NCBI GenBank assembly: GCA_965178125.1
Contig: OZ237760.1
Location: 806,001 to 870,000, forward strand
Reading direction: 5' to 3'
Length of the DNA: 64,000 nt
Source: Bilabrum cf. latius
Taxonomy: Eukaryota
A model generated the notes under the pieces. The model was not told the origin of the DNA, ran no database searches, and saw only the letters and a program-made list of their open reading frames with translations. Below, piece by piece: positions 38,673-49,600 of this stretch. The stretch's first letter is position 1; every line of letters begins with the position of its first letter. The position numbers were made by a program, and so were the translations under genes.

Positions 38673-39715
38673 ATGCTTCGGCGCGCATGCGTTGGATGCA
38701 GGGCGTTTGCACAGCGTTCCAAGCCCATGCTGCGGTGGCAATCCTCTCTTCGTGGGCCACCAGCCTCGTCGATCGAGGCACGGACTGTCCGGTTCGCTGA
38801 CATGGAAGGTAACTAGCAGTTTGGAGTGTTGATTGATGGTGAGTTTAAGCTGGACGTACGATGCTCGTGTTGCATGAAGCGCACTGCCGTCCACGCAACC
38901 ACCCAAAGATCCCACATCAACGCCCCGCAGAAGCGACAGGCAGGTGGGCCAATTCCATATGGAGAGATGATAACGGGTAGATTCAGGTTGGCGACGACAA
39001 GATCGAGGTAGGCCTAATCATGCCGCCCGTGGACCCACCGGCAATCTTTTGCATTGGCCTGAACTACCTAAACCACGCCGCGGAAGTCAAAATGGAACCG
39101 CCCAGGCGGCCCGTGGTGTTCATGAAAGCAAACTCGTCGGCAGTTGGCCACCTGAATCACATTGTTATCCCAGAAGTGTGCTAGAAGCCGCCCGAGGTGG
39201 ACTACGAGGCGGAGCTGGCAGTTGTGATCGGCCGTGAGGCCCTCAACGTCTCGAAGGAGGACGCGCTTGACTACGTGCTGGGATACACATGTGCTAATGA
39301 CGTGACCGCGCGGCGATGGCAGGGCAAGAAGGGCGGCGGGCAGTGGGCGAGGGGCAAGTCTTTCGACACGTTCGCTCCCTTGGGGCCGTGGGTGGTCCCC
39401 GCCAAGCTCATTCCCGACCCGCAGGCCCTCCGCATCCGCACGATTCTCAACGGAAAGGTGGTCCAGGATGGTAACACGAGCGACATGCACTTTGGGGTGG
39501 CAGAGCTCATCGAGTTCTTGTCACAGGGCACCACGCTGCACCCCGGGACAGTCATCCTGACGGGCACTCCTGCGGGCGTGGGGTACACGCAGGACCCCCC
39601 TGTGTTCCTCAAGGCAGGAGACACGGTGGAGGTGGAGATCGAAGGGGTGGGTAAGCTGACAAATCCGGTTATGGAGCAGCAAGGTGACGTGCTAGTCGGG
39701 GGGCAGAGGATATGA
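38673..39715 (+). CDS. FAHD2: Fumarylacetoacetate hydrolase family protein (FAHD2-like) with predicted mitochondrial presequence. Intron 38839-38930; in-frame TAGs at 38814, 38978, 39182
   Basis: [12 protein letters not shown]... presequence; [77 protein letters not shown]. Ends TGA. Confidence 0.9.
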
Positions 39716-39798
39716 GTCCTTGTAAAGCCTTTGATTTGCTTGGTTCATGGTGCCGAGACTGATCACTGGTAGGATCTATCAGCAACAACACACCCCCT

Positions 39799-42700
39799 TT
39801 AGTGAGCCCCGCTTGGGACCTGAAGCCCACCCACGGAGCTGACCGACCCCCGCCGGCCCCCCGCCGCCCTCTTTGGCGCCATCTGCCTTGCCCCCCCCTC
39901 TGCCGCCAGGGCCGCGAGGCCGGGCAGCAGGTCGGGAGCGAGAGGCCCGTCGTGGGACCGTGCGCTGTTGGGCTGAGGCTGCTCTTGCCCTAGCTCGTGA
40001 TCGCGCTCGAGCGTGTACCCGCTCCTCTCGTGTGCTCTAGCCGCTGCATTGCTCCCGCCCAAACTCCCACTCCCACTCCTACCGCCAGCTGGCCCCCACA
40101 GGCCCCTCGCGCTGTTCCTCGCGCTCCCCTCCACGGCTGCCTCCACGTCAGCCGCAGTGGGCTCCAAAGCTGCAAGTCCCAGCAGCGGTACTTTCCCTCC
40201 CCCCACCCTAGGGGAGGCCCCTGCCCCCGCCCCCGCCCCCGCCCCTCCTGCGCGTGGGGACACCACCCCGACCGACCCTCCACCCGTGGACCCGTACAGG
40301 TCTCCGTCCTCGGGAGGCAGCGGCTGCACCGCGGGCCCGCCCCCTCGCTGCCTCTCGCCCCTTCTCGCTGCCCGCAGCCTCTGCCGCGCCGCTCCCACCT
40401 GCACGCCTCCTCCATCTGTCCCAGCCGGGTGCTGCGCCTACCATGCTGGTTCTCCCGCCCTGCCCACGGGGAATCCACCCGCCCGCCTCGCATCCGCACC
40501 TGCACCTGCACCCGGCGATTTGACTCCTCCTCCCCCCGGCGATGCCCCGGAGCCAGGCGCAGGACCGTCTTCGGCTGCGATGAACCGCAGCAGCTTGGGG
40601 CTGGTGATGGAGTTGCGGCGGAGCCTGCCTCCCTGCAGTCGAGGGGAACGGGAGGAAGAGGCGGTGGAGGCAGAGGGGGTATTCATTTGTGCCCTGGCCT
40701 GGGCCGCGTCTCGCTTCCTCCTGCGGATGGAGGGGCTCTGCAGCAGAGAGGGGGACCCGCTGGGCTCCGGACTGCCCGCCCCCCTGCGCCCACCCCTTCT
40801 TCCCCGTGTTCCCCGGCGCTGTGCATCCGTACTGACTCCGAAGGACCCGTCCCCCTGTAGCCCGACGATGCCCGACAGCTCCGATTCAGATCCAGGGGAG
40901 AAAGAGTCCAGGCCCGGGCGGCCCTTCCGCCTGCCCCGGCCCCGACTGCCCCCACTCCCCTTGGAGAGCGTGGGCAGCCGAGACGCAGACCCTATCTTCT
41001 TGACTGGCGAGGCCCAGACGCCTCCCCGCTCCTCCACCTCCTGCTTCCTCTCCATCGCACCACCGGGGACCAGGTGGGGCGAGGGTGATGCTGCCCCGAG
41101 ACCCCTCTGCTGCAGCCTCATCTGCTGCCTCGCCCTCGCCCTGGCCCTCACCGCAGACGACCTCGACTCCAGCGAGCCGCCCATCACTGACACAGCCCCC
41201 GGGCTGTCGAAGGGGTCTGCCTTGCTCTCCGATCCACCTGGCCCGGCCTTGGTGTCGCCCCCCTCGCCCCCCTCCTCCCCGCGGGGTGACCCGGACACGA
41301 GCGCGGCTGCCGTGTCCCCCATCTGTGCCAGCCGCTTGCGCAGGGCGGCCACCTCCCGCCGCCAGGCCGCCTCTCGCCGCGCCGCCTTGCCCGCCGCTTC
41401 CTGCGCTCCCTCCAGCTGCCCGCGGAGCCTCCTCAGCGCCCGCTCGCTCACCTGAGTGGCCCGCAGCACCAGCGCCTCCGACTCCTGTTCCTGCTGCCTG
41501 ACCCGCGCCCTGGCCCCGCTCGCCTCCCGCCTCAGCCGCTGGAGCTCCTCCCTAAGACTCGCCGCCTCTTGTCGCGCACGACGGGCCGCCTCCCCCGCCG
41601 CCCGCGCCTCTTGCCGCGCCTTGGCGGCCCCCCGCCCCGCAGCCGCCCCACGCTGGCGCACGGCCTCCACCTGCCCCTCCGCCGCCTCCGCCCGTCCCTC
41701 GGCCTCGTCTCGCTGCCGCCGCAGCTGCACCTGCGCGTCGTGCGAGCCCCGCAGCCTGCGCTCCGCCAGGGACGCCCGGTCGTCCGCCTCCAGCCGCTCC
41801 GCCTCGGCCCGCCTCGCCGCGTCCCTCGCCCCCAGCGCCCTCCTCCTCCACTTCTCCGCGTCCCTTGCCGCCCTCCGCATCTCGCCCTCGAAGTAGCTGG
41901 CGTCCGCTCTCGCCAGCCTCAGCTCTTCGCCGCTGGCTGGGGCCCCGCGCTCCAGCGCCTCCCGCTCGGCGGCCCGCGCCCTGTCCCGCTCGGAGTGGGC
42001 CCTGCGCACCGCGTCAGCAGCGGCCTGCAGCCTGCGCTTGGCCTCGGCCACAGCCTTTTCGTAGGCCTTGCGGGCCCGGGCCGCGAGTGCCCTTGCTTTC
42101 CTGGCCTCGGCGCGCGCCGCCTCCGCCTCTGCCTCCAGCTGCTGCCTCTGCTCCTCACGACGGGCCTCTGCCTCGGCTTGATCCTCTTTGCCCTTCTCCT
42201 GCTCTGGATCCGCAGCGTTGTCTCCTCCAGTGTCGCTCTCCTGCCCGGGGGACCCCGTACCCCCGATGGAGCCCAGCACACTCCTCCTCGCGTCCTCCGC
42301 CGCGCGCCTGGCCTGCTCCACCGCCTTTTCGGGGGACAGCGCGGGGGCAACGGTGGTGGCGGGACTCAGGCTCAGGACCGCGCTGCCCCTGCCGCCGTCT
42401 CTGTCCACTCGCTGCCCGGCGCTGCCCGGCGTGCTGGGTGGCGGCGGGGACGAGGAGGAGGTGGAGGGAGCGGGCGGTGCTGCGGCTGGGGCCTTGGCCT
42501 CGGGCTGCGCCTCTTCGTCTTCCCCGTGCCCCGACGAAGGCATCGGCTCTAGCTGGGCCAGCAGCAGTCCCTCCACGGACTGCAGACGAGCCAGGCGCAC
42601 GGCCCGGTCCCTTTCCCTGCCCCGCACAGCCGCCTCCAGTCTCTCCTCCGCTGCAGCCGCCCTCCTCCGCGCATCCACGAGGGCCTCCTGCGCCGCCGTC

Positions 42701-44208
42701 ACCTCAGCTCGAAGCGCCGCCCGCGTCTACCGGCCGGATCGGCGGGAAGAATCCACCGCCCCCGCGGAGGAGGGCCGCCCCGCGCTGTTCCCTGGCCCCG
42801 CACCACCACCACGGCTCTCTCGCTCATCGTCGTCCTCGCTGTCGCTGTGCCCACCCGGGCCGCCGCCCCGTGCCGTTCCACTCGACCGGCCCATCGGCCC
42901 CGGGGACCCCACAGACTCCGATCGATGCCTCACTCCCGGCCCATGCGGACCCCCATCATCCCTTGCCGCGCCCCCGCTCCCCACGCTCCCACTCAGCGCG
43001 CTCTCGATCCCCCTCCTCGTCCTGAGGGCACCATCAGCCGCCTCCCGCGCCGCCTTCAGCTCGCCCTCCAGCTCCTCGCCCCTGCGCCGCTGCCGCTCCA
43101 GCTCCCCCTCGGCCTCGGCCAGCTGCTTCGACACCGCCTCGGCCTCCCGAACCGCCGAGGCCCTCTTCTCCTCCGCCGCCTGCCGGCCCTCCTCCGCCTT
43201 TTCCGCCTCGCCGGCCGCCCCCGCCGCCCTCTGCTCCGCGGCCTGCCTCTCCCCCAGGGCAGCGGATCGCGCCCTCTCCGCGGCCTGGAGGGCCTCCTTG
43301 AGCGAAGACACCTCGCCCATCAGGCGACGCGCCGCTGCTGACTGCTTGGACGCGCTGCTGATGCTGCTTGGGCTCCCGTGGCCAGACCCGGCCTCTGTTG
43401 TGCCCCGCCTCGGGCTGCGGCCGCCCACCGACTTGCCGTCGACGCTGAGCGCGCCCGTCTCGGACTACTGCTCCTCTTTCTGCTCCTGCACCGCCGCCGC
43501 CGCCGCCGCCGCCGCCAGTTCTTCCTGCAGCCGGGCGCTCTCCTTCCGCGCCTCCTCTGCCTCCTGCCTGGCCCCATCCCTCTCCTTCCGCGCCTCCCTC
43601 GCAGCCTTGAGGGCCTGCCCAGCCTCCCGCCGGGCCTGCGCCAGGGCGTCCTTGGCCTCCCGCAGCTGCTCCCGCAGCCGTCCCGCCTCCTTCTGCGTCT
43701 CACCCCCCGAAAGCCGCCCCGCCTCGGCCTGCCGCTCGGCGTCGTCGCGCGTGCGCCGCGCCACGGCCAGCGCAGACTCCAGCTCCTCGATGCGTCGATC
43801 CCTCTCCCTCCCGCTCTGAGCCAGCTTGCGGGAGAGCCGCGCCTGTGCCTCTGCTTCCTGCTCCGCGGCTCGCGCCTTTCGCTTGGCTTCGCTCACGTCC
43901 CGCAGCAGGGCGTCGAACCGGTTCCGCATGCGCTCGTACTCGGCGGTGCGAGCGGCCACCACGCGCTCCTTGGACTGCAGGTCGCGCCACCTCGCATCCA
44001 GCGATCCGCCCTGCGGTGCTGCAGAAGAGCCCGACCTCGGGCTGGAGCCGTGGAGGTGGCTACGGGCGGATCCAGGCGCGGCATCGCCGGCCCGGGGTGA
44101 CCGGGCCGAGCCGCGGCCAGCCTAGGAAGCGCCTATGCGTGGGGATGCCCCTCGATTCGAGCTGCCACGGGACAGCGCTGATGCGGTGAGTTTCGGCACG
44201 TGGGCCAT
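39799..44208 (-). CDS. Long Ala/Arg/Glu-rich coiled-coil protein (~1469 aa); in-frame TAGs at 44122, 43465, 42727, 40438; ends TAA
   Basis: ORFs 43962, 43428, 42702 and 40404 (minus strand) are co-frame and joined by TAGs. ATG at 44208 has an upstream in-frame TAA. AT-richer sequence follows the terminal TAA. Confidence 0.78.
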
Positions 44209-44669
44209 CAGATTTCGTCGTTAACAGCAGCCAGCACGGGCCAGCGAGAGAAAAAACTAGGCGGCCAACGGACAGCTGGCTTTTCTCTCGCTGTGCTTAT
44301 AATAGCATGCTACAACTCATACGTCTTTATGTTCACTATATAGTTTACCCGGATCCTGTTCAATCGTGCTCCAAGCGTGTGTATTTGTCGCTAGGTTCCA
44401 AAACGGTTGATTTCGCAACGGACAGCTCGAGCGGTGACGAGTGCGGCAGACACAGCACCAGGCTGCTTTGGTGGCAGTCCTCAGATTGTCTCTGGTATTG
44501 AATTGCGTGCGAAAAACTCTATTTTCTCTCTCTCTTTCTCTCTCAGGCTGATGCTGGGGTAGATGCTGCGCTCTTTGAGTATGCAACCCGCTCGCTCTAA
44601 TCCGAGGCTTCTGTAGCACTCATCCACAAACACAACTGGCCATCCAGCCGCCCGGATCCATCCCTCGCC

Positions 44670-46094
44670 TCACCGGAACTCGCCCTCTTTCCAAGCAGCC
44701 GGCTCGGGCTTGTCCAGCTTGGCCGCTAGCCTCACCTCGATCTCGCGCATGAACTCGAACGTGTTGAGCCAGTGCTTGCGCTCCATGGCCTTGCCGTGGA
44801 TGCACAGGGCCAGGTCCTTGGTCATGCGCCCGTCCTCCACCGCGGACACGCACGCGTTCTCCAGGGCCTTGGCGAAGTGGACCAGCTCCGAGTTCTTGTC
44901 CAGGAGGCCCCTCTGCTCCAGAGCGCGGGTCCACGCGAAGATGCTCGCGATCGGGTTGGTGCTGGTCTCGCTGCCCTTCTGGTGCTGCCGGTAGTGCCTC
45001 GTGACAGTGCCGTGGGCGGCCTCCGCCTCGAAGGATCCGTCCTCGGCGGTCAGCACGCTCGTCATGAGGCCAAGGGAACCGAACGCTTGGGCTACCTGGT
45101 CGCTCATCAAGTCACCATCATAATTCTTGGCCATCCATAGCAGCCCTCCGCTCTGCTTGAGCACGAAAGCAACCATGTCGTCGATCAGCCTGTGCTCGTA
45201 CCAGAGGCCCTTGGCCTCGAACTGGTCCTTGAACTCCTTCTCGTACACCTCGGCGAAAATGTCCTTGAAGCGGCCGTCGTACGCCTTGAGGATCGTGTTC
45301 TTGGTGCTCAAGTAGGCCGGCATGCCCCTCTCCAGCGCGTACCTGAGCGAGCTGCGCGCGAACCCCCGGATCGAGTCGTCCTCGTTGAACATGCCCATGG
45401 CCACGCCGCCGCCCGCCGGGAAGTCGTGCACGCAAAAGGTGCGCGGCTCAGAGCCGTCCGCCGGGGTGAACTTGAGCTCCAGCTTGCCCGCGCCCTTCAC
45501 CACGAAATCGGTCGCCTTGTACTGGTCCCCGAAGGCGTGCCTCGCGATCACGATGGGCTTGGTCCATCCGGGCACCAGCTTCGGCACGTTCTTGATCACG
45601 ATTGGCTCCCTAAACACCGTGCCGCCCAGCTCGTTGCGGATCGTGCCGTTCGGGCTCTTCCACATCTTCTTGAGGCCAAACTCCTTCACGCGGGCCTCGT
45701 CTGGGGTGATGGTGGCGCATTTGGTCGCCACCTTGTGCTCCTTGATGGCGGCTGCCGCGTCTAATGTGACCTTATCGTCTGTCTTGTCGCGGTTCTCCAT
45801 GCTCAGGTCAAAATATACCAAATCGACGTCCACGTGCGGCAGAATCAGCTTTTCGCGGATCATCTGCCAGATAATTCGGGTCATCTCGTCGCCGTCCAGC
45901 TCCACCACTGCGAAGACAGGAGGCGTTACAAATATCAGAGGAACAGCCCGAGCATTCCGCTTGATCGCGTTGCGACGTCTGCCACAGTAGTCCGAATGCC
46001 AGGAACAGCACATTCTACCGACGCTCTCTGGCGTTGACTCACCCTTTCCCTCTACTTTAATCTTTCCTGAGCTCCCACCCGCGACTGCTGCCAT
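44670..46094 (-). CDS. IDH1: NADP-dependent isocitrate dehydrogenase; intron 46042-45908
   Basis: After splicing, [21 protein letters not shown]; also [49 protein letters not shown]. No TAG; ends TGA. Confidence 0.96.
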   Translation of the reverse strand: MAAVAGGSSGKIKVEGKGESTPESVGRMCCSWHSDYCGRRRNAIKRNARAVPLIFVTPPVFAVVELDGDEMTRIIWQMIREKLILPHVDVDLVYFDLSMENRDKTDDKVTLDAAAAIKEHKVATKCATITPDEARVKEFGLKKMWKSPNGTIRNELGGTVFREPIVIKNVPKLVPGWTKPIVIARHAFGDQYKATDFVVKGAGKLELKFTPADGSEPRTFCVHDFPAGGGVAMGMFNEDDSIRGFARSSLRYALERGMPAYLSTKNTILKAYDGRFKDIFAEVYEKEFKDQFEAKGLWYEHRLIDDMVAFVLKQSGGLLWMAKNYDGDLMSDQVAQAFGSLGLMTSVLTAEDGSFEAEAAHGTVTRHYRQHQKGSETSTNPIASIFAWTRALEQRGLLDKNSELVHFAKALENACVSAVEDGRMTKDLALCIHGKAMERKHWLNTFEFMREIEVRLAAKLDKPEPAAWKEGEFR

Positions 46095-46648
46095 TGTCTT
46101 GCTGAAATGCCGGGATTGCACCCCTTGATCGAGAGGTGCTTTGTACGGTTATGGTTTCGATATAATTAAAGTGCATTGCACTGATATGCGCACCCAACGA
46201 CTTGGAACACGATCGGGCTCTTTCCGTCCGTTATCAGGCGTAGATTAGTTTAGTGAGTGTGCATGTCGTGAAATAATGATACAATGGACCGTGATAGTGG
46301 GCGGTTGTACCGGATGCTCTCGTCACGACTGCTAGTGCGCCGTGTTTCGCTGCGACTTGATTTCAACTGCAACCGGACCGGCAGCCGCCCAGACAGCCAG
46401 CTCGCGCGGATATTCCGCAATCAGATACGTATACGATTGAGCTGGGGTCGTGCGTGACATGATCATTGCAGCTGCGCATTTCGTTCGCCTGCTCTCTGCT
46501 TCATCGCAGGCAAGCAAAACCGGCAGCACTCTTCGATTGGCCTGCCGCGCAGGGTCTTGGAGAGAGCGGCGACCAGTCTTGCAAGCGGCAAGACCCTAAG
46601 AACGATTTAATTACCCGCTAATCCGGCGCATTACACAAAGAGGTCGGC

Positions 46649-49600
46649 ATGTCGGGTGCCGCACCTCCCGAAGACGACGGGCCCAACAGCCCAGCGGCGG
46701 ACGGCGACCAGGACGACCGCAGCCCCGACCGCTCGCCCCGTGGCGGTGGTGACGAGGGCGGCAGCGATGGCGGCAGCGGCTCCCCTCGGAGCGACGAAGA
46801 CGGGCCTAGCGGCGGCAGACGCAGCGAGGACGAGGACGAGGAAGGGGACGGCAGCGAGCGCACGCGTGAGCAGCTGCTGGACGACCTGGGAATGCTGGCG
46901 GAGCGGCTGCAGGAGCAGGAGGAGGCCCTGAACGAGGCTCGCGAAGAGAGGGACCAGGCCAGGGCGGAGGCCCAGTCGGAGCGCGAGGCAGCCAGGGCCA
47001 ACTCCCAGCGGGCCACGGACGGCCAGAGGGAGGCGGAGGAGGCAAGGCACTTGGCCAGGGAGGCGGAGTCGGACCGGGACCAGGCGGTGCGAAGGGCCGA
47101 GATGGCGGAACGCGCTTAGCGAGAGATCAAAGAGAGGCTCACGCGGGAGCAGCAGAAGCTTGCCGAGCTCATGTCCAAGGCGGACAGGGACTTTAGGTCC
47201 CGGCAGGCCTCTGGCCGGGAGCTGGACCGCAGCGCGAGGGAGAACGGGCAGATGCGGGAGGAGATGCGGGGCATGGCCGAGGAGATCAACGTGCAGCGGG
47301 CGGCGGTGGCGCGGCTCAAGGCCCTGGAGCGGGAGCGCGAGAACGTGCAGGACCGTCTCAAGCACGGGCTGCAGGAGGGGGAGCGCAGGGAGATCGAGCT
47401 GCGGGAGGCAGTGGACGACGCGCTGGAGGCAAAGGCGGAGGAGGCCGCCGCGAGGGTGGCGGCAGAGGAGGCCGCGCAAGCCGCCCAGGCCGCCGCCGAG
47501 GACGCCCGCCGGGAGGCCGACGAGGAAACGGCCCGGCAGCGGCAGATCGTGGCGCAGGCCCGGAAGGAGGCCGCCTCGCTGAGGACGCAGGTGGAGTCCT
47601 TGCGCACGCAGACCCGGGCGGGCGAGCTGGAGGTGCTGCTGCAGCGGGCGCAGGAGGAGCTGGCCCGCGTGGTGGAGGACAGAGACGCGCTGGAGCAGCG
47701 GCTGCGGCGGCAGCTGGCCCTGGTGGGGGAGCTGCAGGGGCAGATGGGCTCTGTGCGGCGGGGGATGGACGAGGAGATCGCGAGGGCGGTGGAGGAGGAG
47801 CGCGCCCGGTGGCAGGGGCAGGAGGGGGAGCAGCGGCGGCTCATGGGCCTGCTAGAGGCGGAGAGGGAGCGGGCGGCCGCCGCGGAGGAGGAGCTGCGGC
47901 TGACCCGCACGGCCCTGGAGGAGAGCAAGTACCGGGTGGCGCAGTTCGAGGCGGGGCTGGAGGTGGAGGACGTGGTGGCGCAGCTGGACGAGATGAGGGA
48001 GGAGAACCGGGAGATGTCGGCGGCGCTGGACGACGCCACGCGTGAGCTGGAGGACGAGCGGGCGCGCTTCTTCACCGTGGTGGAGATCGCGAGGAGGCTG
48101 GCCAAAGAGGCGGGACACCCCGACGGCGTGGACGTGCTTCGGCTGTACGACGAGGGCGAGATGCGGCAGGAGTACGCCACCGCGGTGGACCGAATCCGTC
48201 AGGACAACGAGTTCCTGGCCAAGCGGGTGCAGGAGCTGGAGGACGACCGCGTGGAGCTCCTGCGGCAGCTGAGGGTGAACGCGCAGCAGGTGGGCAAGCA
48301 CTCGCTCAAGTACTTTGCCCTCTCGGGGGAGCAGATGCAGCTGGTGAACCGATTCGCGGAGTCCCTCCGCAGCGGCAAGGCCAGGCTCCCCAAGACGGAC
48401 GCCACGCTGCGGCTCGAGAGAGACATGGTGCGCATGCGCGCCAGGCACGCAGACGAGGCCGCCGCCTTGAGGGAGGAGGCGCGGCGGCTGCGGTCCGAGA
48501 TGGAGGCCCTGCGGAGGGACGGGACGGGCGGGGGCGGTGCTGGGCGCGGGGGGGAAGACGAGGAGGCCCGGCGCAAGCGGGAGGAGGAGGAGGAGGCCAG
48601 GCGCGCGAGGGAGCGGCAGGAAGGCGCGCGGGAGGCCGTACGGGAGGCCCTGGAGGCCATTCGTGCGGAGAACAAGCAGGTGAGGGAGCAGCTGGCCAAG
48701 CTGGAGAGCGGGATGGGAGGGGGCAACACGGGTGGTGGCGGTGGAGCGGCGGACCCCGCCGAGCTGGAGCGGCTGCGGCGGGAGGTGGAGGACCTCCGCA
48801 GGGAGCGCGACGAGCGGAGGCGGGCGGACCAGCGCGCGAGGGACGCGAGACAGAAGCTCAGGTCTTCGGAGGCGGGGGCCTCGGCCGCCGCGGGGTCCGC
48901 TTCGGTGTCCGAGGAGGCCCTCCGGCTGGCGAGGCGCTGCGAGGACGCCGCCGGGCTGCCGCACCCCGACGGGGGGGGGGCCGCAGAGGTCGGCGGCGAT
49001 GATGGTGATGGGCGGCAGGGGGTTGGGGACCAGGGGAAGGGGTCGGGCGATGCGTCCGGGGCGGACGGGGTCCCGCTAGACGACGACGAAGCGGCCCGAC
49101 TGGCGAGCGCGCTGCGGAAGCTGCTGGCGGACCGCAAGCGGCTGCAGGACGCTCTGGGCAAGGAGCACGCCGCGGGGGATGACGCTCGGCGGCAGGCGGA
49201 CCGGGCCGAGGAGCGGGCGAGGGCCCTGCAGGACGCGGAGGAGGCGAGGGACAGGGCGCAGCGGAGGCTCAAGGAGGCCCGGGAGGAGCTGGAGAGGGTG
49301 CGGGCGCAGCTGGCCGCCCGCCCCAAGGCCGTGGGCAAGTTCCTGCCGCAGTCCGCCGCCGGGAGGGAGCTGGCGGCGGCGGCGGCGCGGTCGGCCCTGG
49401 ACAAGACGGCGACCGCGTCCGGGGCAGGGGCCGGAGCCGGGGCGGCGTCGGGCGCTGGGGCAGAAGGCGACGCCCAGGGAGGGTCCCGGGCCCTCGTCAC
49501 GACACGGGCGGGCGAGGGCGCCTCCGGTGGTCGCGGCGTGGTGGACGCTGAGCTTTGGGTGCAGGAGGCCGAGACCGTGTACGGTGCCCTGGCCCGGTCG

